This document shows positions 60,601 through 64,000 of a stretch of 64,000 nt of DNA, piece by piece. Every line of letters begins with the position of its first letter. Within the stretch, counting starts at the first letter, position 1. The translations under genes and the position numbers were made by a program. The notes below the pieces were generated by a model. That model had not been told where the DNA came from. It did no database searches and was given only the letters and a program-made list of their open reading frames with translations. Source of the stretch: an uncultured Verrucomicrobiales bacterium (lineage in GTDB: Bacteria; Verrucomicrobiota; Verrucomicrobiia; Verrucomicrobiales; DEV007); the NCBI GenBank assembly GCA_938091905.1, contig CALKOM010000026.1, positions 1 through 64,000 on the forward strand, read 5' to 3'.

Positions 60601-61339
60601 GATCAGAACGATAGAGTGGCTTCGCGATCCCTTTCAAATCTGCTGTGACGATGGGCATGCCGCGTGCGTCTTTCTCGTATTTCCAAAGTGGCGCTTCCTG
60701 AGGATCAACGTGATTGTTACACAGGTAAGCGTCAAGATTGCCATCCAGGTCATAATCGGCAAAGGCGATCATGATACTGGCACCACGATAGTTGAGGCCA
60801 GCTTTCTCGGCGCTTTCGATGAAGGTGCCGTTGCCTTGATTGAGGTAGAGGCGATTCTCACAATCGTACCCGCACACAAAGAGATCGAGATCGTTGTCGT
60901 TGTCGATGTCAGCAAAGGAGGCACCGGTGCCCCAGAGATGTTCTTTGGTGAGGCCAGCGCTGGCGGTGACGTCTTGGAACTTCCAGTTGCCGAGGTTCTT
61001 GTAGAGCTGGTTGCCCTTGAATGGCTGAGTGAGGAAGACGTCTGTTAGGCCATCATTGTCATAGTCGCCGAGGCAGACGCCGCCACCGGTGACGGCGTTG
61101 ACCATTTCGTGTTCGTACTTGGCTGGTGGTTGCCAATTGTAGCGGAAGTCGAGTCCGGTTTGCGAGGCAGGGAGGTCTTGGAAGAGCGTTGGGGAATTGC
61201 TAGGGACGCGGGGCGCTAGGGGCTTTCGGGTGGTGATATCGGCGTGAGCGTGGCTGATCGCTGCGAGGATGAGGAGAACTCGCACGGAGGCATGGAGGCA
61301 CAGAGGGGTGTTGGGCTCGGAGGTTCGCACGGTGAGCAT
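57668..61339 (-). CDS. secreted CRTAC1/ASPIC-UnbV protein with FG-GAP/VCBS repeats (duplicated architecture)
   Basis: Many DxDxDGxxD repeats and two UnbV domains (RGFMS...IEWPSG; GGSYLSQ...IRWPDG). Confidence 0.92.
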   Translation of the reverse strand: MLTVRTSEPNTPLCLHASVRVLLILAAISHAHADITTRKPLAPRVPSNSPTLFQDLPASQTGLDFRYNWQPPAKYEHEMVNAVTGGGVCLGDYDNDGLTDVFLTQPFKGNQLYKNLGNWKFQDVTASAGLTKEHLWGTGASFADIDNDNDLDLFVCGYDCENRLYLNQGNGTFIESAEKAGLNYRGASIMIAFADYDLDGNLDAYLCNNHVDPQEAPLWKYEKDARGMPIVTADLKGIAKPLYRSDLKDGMLIPAGESDILYQNNGDGTFSDVSAKAGIHDEDFGLSCTWWDFDHDGDPDLYNSNDFYGSDHLYRNNGDGTFTNVNKLALPHTPWFSMGSDVADVNNDGWLDFMASDMQGTTHYKQKISMGDMQGWFLETAVPRQYMRNALYINSGTSRFQEGAFLAGVASTDWTWSLKFGDLDSDGKEDLYVTNGAERYWDNSDIMYAARGAQRINTPELKKVWLPSPVRNDPNLAYRNLGDLNFENVSKAWGLSAAKVSYGAALGDLDLDGDLDLVVNNFDEAASLYHNNSHENQLALISLQGRESNRDGLGALFKINATSGKQTKYHTITRGFMSANAHMIAIGLGKSTQFDLTIEWPSGTHQTLTNLKAGHHHTIRETKGTKEPNNSTETLFVVSDALRGAAIAEKPFDDFAREPLLPNKLSQLGPGQAWGDLDNDGDDDLVLGRPTRHATTVVQTLPVGFKVMANPSFDAHAASEDMSPLLFDADGDGDLDLLVTSGGIEADIKSQAYQDRLYLNNGSGNFKPAPKGQWPDTRTSSSVAVSADFDRDGDLDVFVGTRVRPGAYPLSESSQLLRNDKGSFTDVTSKVAKSLLSAGMVTSAVWSDANNDGWLDLFVLREWGAPLLLQNNKGTLTDTSDAAGLKKLTGWWNGIATGDLNHDGAMDYVITNAGLNTKYHADPSHPARLYYGDMDGSGSSQIIEAKVYGNTWLPIRGKSCSQNAMPEIRSRFPSFKSFASATLTEIYTPARLKKAKTFNAVELRSGALLNDGQGKFTFSPLPRIAQISSAFGVTITEIDGDGHPDIYLLHNTYSPQPETGRTDGGLSQLLRGRGDGTFGPVPTHESGLTVSGDGKSLGVVDLNRDGWVDLIAACNSGPIITFINRGNAPNHTISLRLQGLPGNPTGIGARLKLFSKNGPTQTTEIQAGGSYLSQNPAMAFFGVPQGSTPDRVDIRWPDGQHSSVQLSAIKGNRLLVRHPKVTP

Positions 61340-61376
61340 GTCGGTAATTCTCTGTGCCTCTGTAGCTCTGTGCGAG
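61279..61376. repeat. REP-like palindromic repeat (CACAGAG/CTCTGTG type) overlapping a gene start
   Basis: 27-nt arms: CTCGCACGGAGGCATGGAGGCACAGAG and CTCTGTGCCTCTGTAGCTCTGTGCGAG. Confidence 0.8.
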
Positions 61377-61453
61377 CATAAAGATGGGCCGCTCCTTTCA
61401 GCTGAACGACCCGCTGGCAAGGATATTCTTACGTATTCTTACACCATCCGGCG

Positions 61454-62197
61454 TCATCCCGTTTTGGAGCGGCGTCGATAGGCCGAGGGCGAGATGCCCA
61501 TCAGGCGAGAGAATTGCCGAGAGAAGACGCTGTGATCGTAGAATCCTACCTGCATAGCGACATCGGTCATGTTGGCCTGACTCTTATTCAGGAGTTCGCA
61601 GGCTGCATGAATCCGCAGTTTCATGATGAACTCGCGCGGCGTTGTCTTGAGCGTTTCCTGAAATCGGCGCTGCAAGACGCGCACGGAAACACCTGCCAGC
61701 TGAGCCATGGCAGGGATGGAGACGTTCCCGCGAAAGTGTTCTTTTAGGTGGTCGATCACCGGCACGAGATCGAGATACGGCTGCAGTGCTGCCCGCGCCC
61801 CTTCATAGCTTCGCACCGTGCCACAAAGCCCCGCCAGCTCACCATTGGCGGTGTAAACCGGCACCTTGTCCGTGATATACCACTCAGGATCGCCTAACTG
61901 ATTTGGAAAGAGCTCCACCATGCCGATGAGTGATTTCCCAGTCTGGATGACCTCGCGATCGTCTGCAGCGTACTTGGTCGCCAGCTCTTCAGGAAAGATA
62001 TCCTTGTCCACATGACCGATCATTTTCGTTTCGCTTACGTAGCCACAGCGCTCGACGAAAGCCTGGTTTCCTGCCATCAAGCGCGTCTGCGAGTCTTTTA
62101 CGAAGAAGAGCGTGTTTGGCAGGTGCTCGAACAGCTCCCGCATGCCGCCTGGGCGTAGGTCCGCCAGCCATTGATCGCGTTCAGTAGCGGAAAGCAT
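61454..62197 (-). CDS. AraC-family regulator with N-terminal PAS-like domain
   Basis: LFEHLPNTLFFVKD, DDREVI; HTH region ending VGFYDHSVFSRQF...GISPSAYR. Confidence 0.92.
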   Translation of the reverse strand: MLSATERDQWLADLRPGGMRELFEHLPNTLFFVKDSQTRLMAGNQAFVERCGYVSETKMIGHVDKDIFPEELATKYAADDREVIQTGKSLIGMVELFPNQLGDPEWYITDKVPVYTANGELAGLCGTVRSYEGARAALQPYLDLVPVIDHLKEHFRGNVSIPAMAQLAGVSVRVLQRRFQETLKTTPREFIMKLRIHAACELLNKSQANMTDVAMQVGFYDHSVFSRQFSRLMGISPSAYRRRSKTG

Positions 62198-62240
62198 GAC
62201 GCAATCATACACAAACTTTACCGTATTCATACATGCAAAC
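62198..62240. promoter_or_regulatory. candidate AraC binding sites in the divergent promoter
   Basis: Direct repeat TCATACA at 62205 and 62227 (22-bp period). Confidence 0.5.
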
Positions 62241-62269
62241 GGAGGCCAAGTCTGGTTTAGTGGAGGATT

Positions 62270-63394
62270 ATGGAGAAAGTTAACATTGCTATCGTCGGTC
62301 TCGGATTCGGGGCGGAATTCATCCCAATCTATCAGCGCCACCCAAACGCCAATATGGCGGCCATCTGTCAGCGGACCGAAGCCACGCTCAATGAGATCGG
62401 TGACAAGTACGGCATCGAGAAGCGTTACCAAAGCTACGACGAGCTCCTCAAGGATCCTGACATTGACGCTGTTCACATCAATACACCGATCCCCAATCAC
62501 GCCGAACAATCCATCGCGGCACTGAAGGCTGGCAAACACGTCGCCTGCACCGTGCCCATGGCGACGTCTGTCGAGGACTGCAAACAGATCGTCGAACTCA
62601 CGAAGTCGACCGGCCTGAAATACATGATGATGGAAACGGTCGTCTACGCGCGCGAATTCCTCTACATGAAGGAGCTCTACGACAAAGGCGAGCTGGGCAA
62701 ACTCCAATTTCTTAAAGCCTCACACCAGCAAGACATGGACGGTTGGCCGGGGTATTGGCCAGGCCTGCCGCCGATGCACTACGCCACGCACTGTGTTGGG
62801 CCAGTCTTAGGATTGGGTCAGGATCAGGCGGAGTATGTCAGCTGTTTCCCCTCCGGCACCATTCGCGAAGAAATGCATGAATGTTATGGATCGCCCTGCG
62901 CCGTGGAGACGTGTCATATCAAGTTCGCTAACAGTGATCTCTCTGCGCTCGTCTATCGCTCCCTCTTTGATGTCGCGCGTCAGTACCGCGAGTCCTTCGA
63001 AGTCTACGGTGACAAGAAGGCGGTAGAATGGCCGCTGATCGAAGGCGAACCGCTCATCGTCCACACCGCGAAGAAACCCGAGCCAGAGATTCCTGAGAAA
63101 GTAGAGTGTCCTGACTACGGTCATCTGCTTCCAGATGAAATCGCGCCGTTCACCACAGGCGGCGTCTATGGTGGTGACGAAGGCGAAGACCACCTCTCGT
63201 TTACGCAAGGTGCTGGTCACGGAGGTTCACACCCACATTTGGCCCATCAGTTTGTCCAAATGTTATTAAGTGGAGAAGATGCCTATCCCAATGCTGTGCA
63301 TTCGGCCAACATCACCTGCACCGGTATCCTTGCCCACGAATCCGCGCAGAAAGGTGGCGATATCGTGCGCCTGCCTGAATTCACTTTAGCCTAA
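62270..63394 (+). CDS. Gfo/Idh/MocA family oxidoreductase
   Basis: VGLGFG, GKHVACTVPMA, PPMHYATH and GHGGSHPHL. Confidence 0.92.
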   Translation: MEKVNIAIVGLGFGAEFIPIYQRHPNANMAAICQRTEATLNEIGDKYGIEKRYQSYDELLKDPDIDAVHINTPIPNHAEQSIAALKAGKHVACTVPMATSVEDCKQIVELTKSTGLKYMMMETVVYAREFLYMKELYDKGELGKLQFLKASHQQDMDGWPGYWPGLPPMHYATHCVGPVLGLGQDQAEYVSCFPSGTIREEMHECYGSPCAVETCHIKFANSDLSALVYRSLFDVARQYRESFEVYGDKKAVEWPLIEGEPLIVHTAKKPEPEIPEKVECPDYGHLLPDEIAPFTTGGVYGGDEGEDHLSFTQGAGHGGSHPHLAHQFVQMLLSGEDAYPNAVHSANITCTGILAHESAQKGGDIVRLPEFTLA

Positions 63395-63401
63395 CCAACT
63401 C

Positions 63402-64000
63402 ATGCGCATACTCGTTGCCCTTCTCATCACGCTTTCCATCTCCACTTCCCTCATGGGGAGACCGACGGAAGGCCCAGTCCGTATTCTCTTCTTAGGACAC
63501 GACGCCAAGCATCATCCGTCAAACGACTACTACCCCATGCTGGCAGAAGGCTTGGGGCCCGATGGGATCTACTTTGACTATCACACCGATGTCGAGGAAG
63601 CCTTTGGCGACTATGATTACCTATCACAGTTCGATGGTGTCCTCCTCTATGCAAATCACGACACCATCGAGCGTCGTTTGTATAACAACTTGGTCAAATT
63701 CATCGAGGAAGGCGGCGGCTTCATCCCTGTGCACTGCGCCAGCTTCTGCTTTCGCAATCAGTTAGGCTTCATCAACTTGGTGGGCGGTCAATTCCAACAC
63801 CACAAGACCGGAACCTTCACGGCCAAGATCGTCGATGGCAAACACCCCGCCATGAAAGACGTGCAGGAGTTCGAAACCTGGGACGAAACCTATGTGCACA
63901 CCGGTCATGGAGAAGACCGCACCATCCTCATGGTGCGCGAACCCGCTGGTGACGAGGACAATATCAAGGAACCCGAACCCTGGACCTGGATCCGCACGCA
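63402..64000 (+). CDS. exported ThuA-like domain protein, 5' partial (probably a PVC-type dehydrogenase/cytochrome fusion)
   Basis: MRILVALLITLS...RILFLG..HH...LLYAN...GGGFIPVHCASFCF...LVGGQF..H...WDETY.H, open to the window end. Confidence 0.85.
   Translation, partial: MRILVALLITLSISTSLMGRPTEGPVRILFLGHDAKHHPSNDYYPMLAEGLGPDGIYFDYHTDVEEAFGDYDYLSQFDGVLLYANHDTIERRLYNNLVKFIEEGGGFIPVHCASFCFRNQLGFINLVGGQFQHHKTGTFTAKIVDGKHPAMKDVQEFETWDETYVHTGHGEDRTILMVREPAGDEDNIKEPEPWTWIRT

Overview
A 64-kb chromosomal segment, most likely from a Verrucomicrobiota (PVC) bacterium. The markers are PEP-CTERM proteins, a Rhodopirellula/Verrucomicrobium-type ECF sigma factor, a DUF1585 remnant, a CotH/lamin-tail protein, a eukaryote-type HisA, several sulfatases and an ASPIC/UnbV FG-GAP protein. 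Housekeeping genes (dnaX-ybaB-fmdB-like, hisA, hrpB) are mixed with glycan and amino-sugar catabolic genes (two sulfatases, an FGE-family lipoprotein, ceramidase-like hydrolases, an amidohydrolase, a hexosamine-6-P deaminase/isomerase, a PL11 lyase, MFS transporters, Gfo/Idh/MocA oxidoreductases). The window is heavily eroded: it holds remnants of IS5, IS66, IS4 and two IS3 elements, a 281-bp ISL3-like MITE nested in an IS3, and about ten pseudogenes or orphan 3' gene tails. I found no tRNA, rRNA or CRISPR array. I cannot demonstrate a complete new system. The best leads are: (1) a hidden XRE-HTH/membrane gene split exactly at a G_GGT_TTT -1 slippery heptamer; (2) a shared ~70-aa 'VExSxDL..W...FxRV' domain on three exported proteins, a candidate sorting signal; (3) the nested MITE and a tnpC-less mini-IS66; (4) a palindromic repeat that supplies the start region of a large secreted-protein gene. 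All family calls come from motif recognition by eye; no database search was run.
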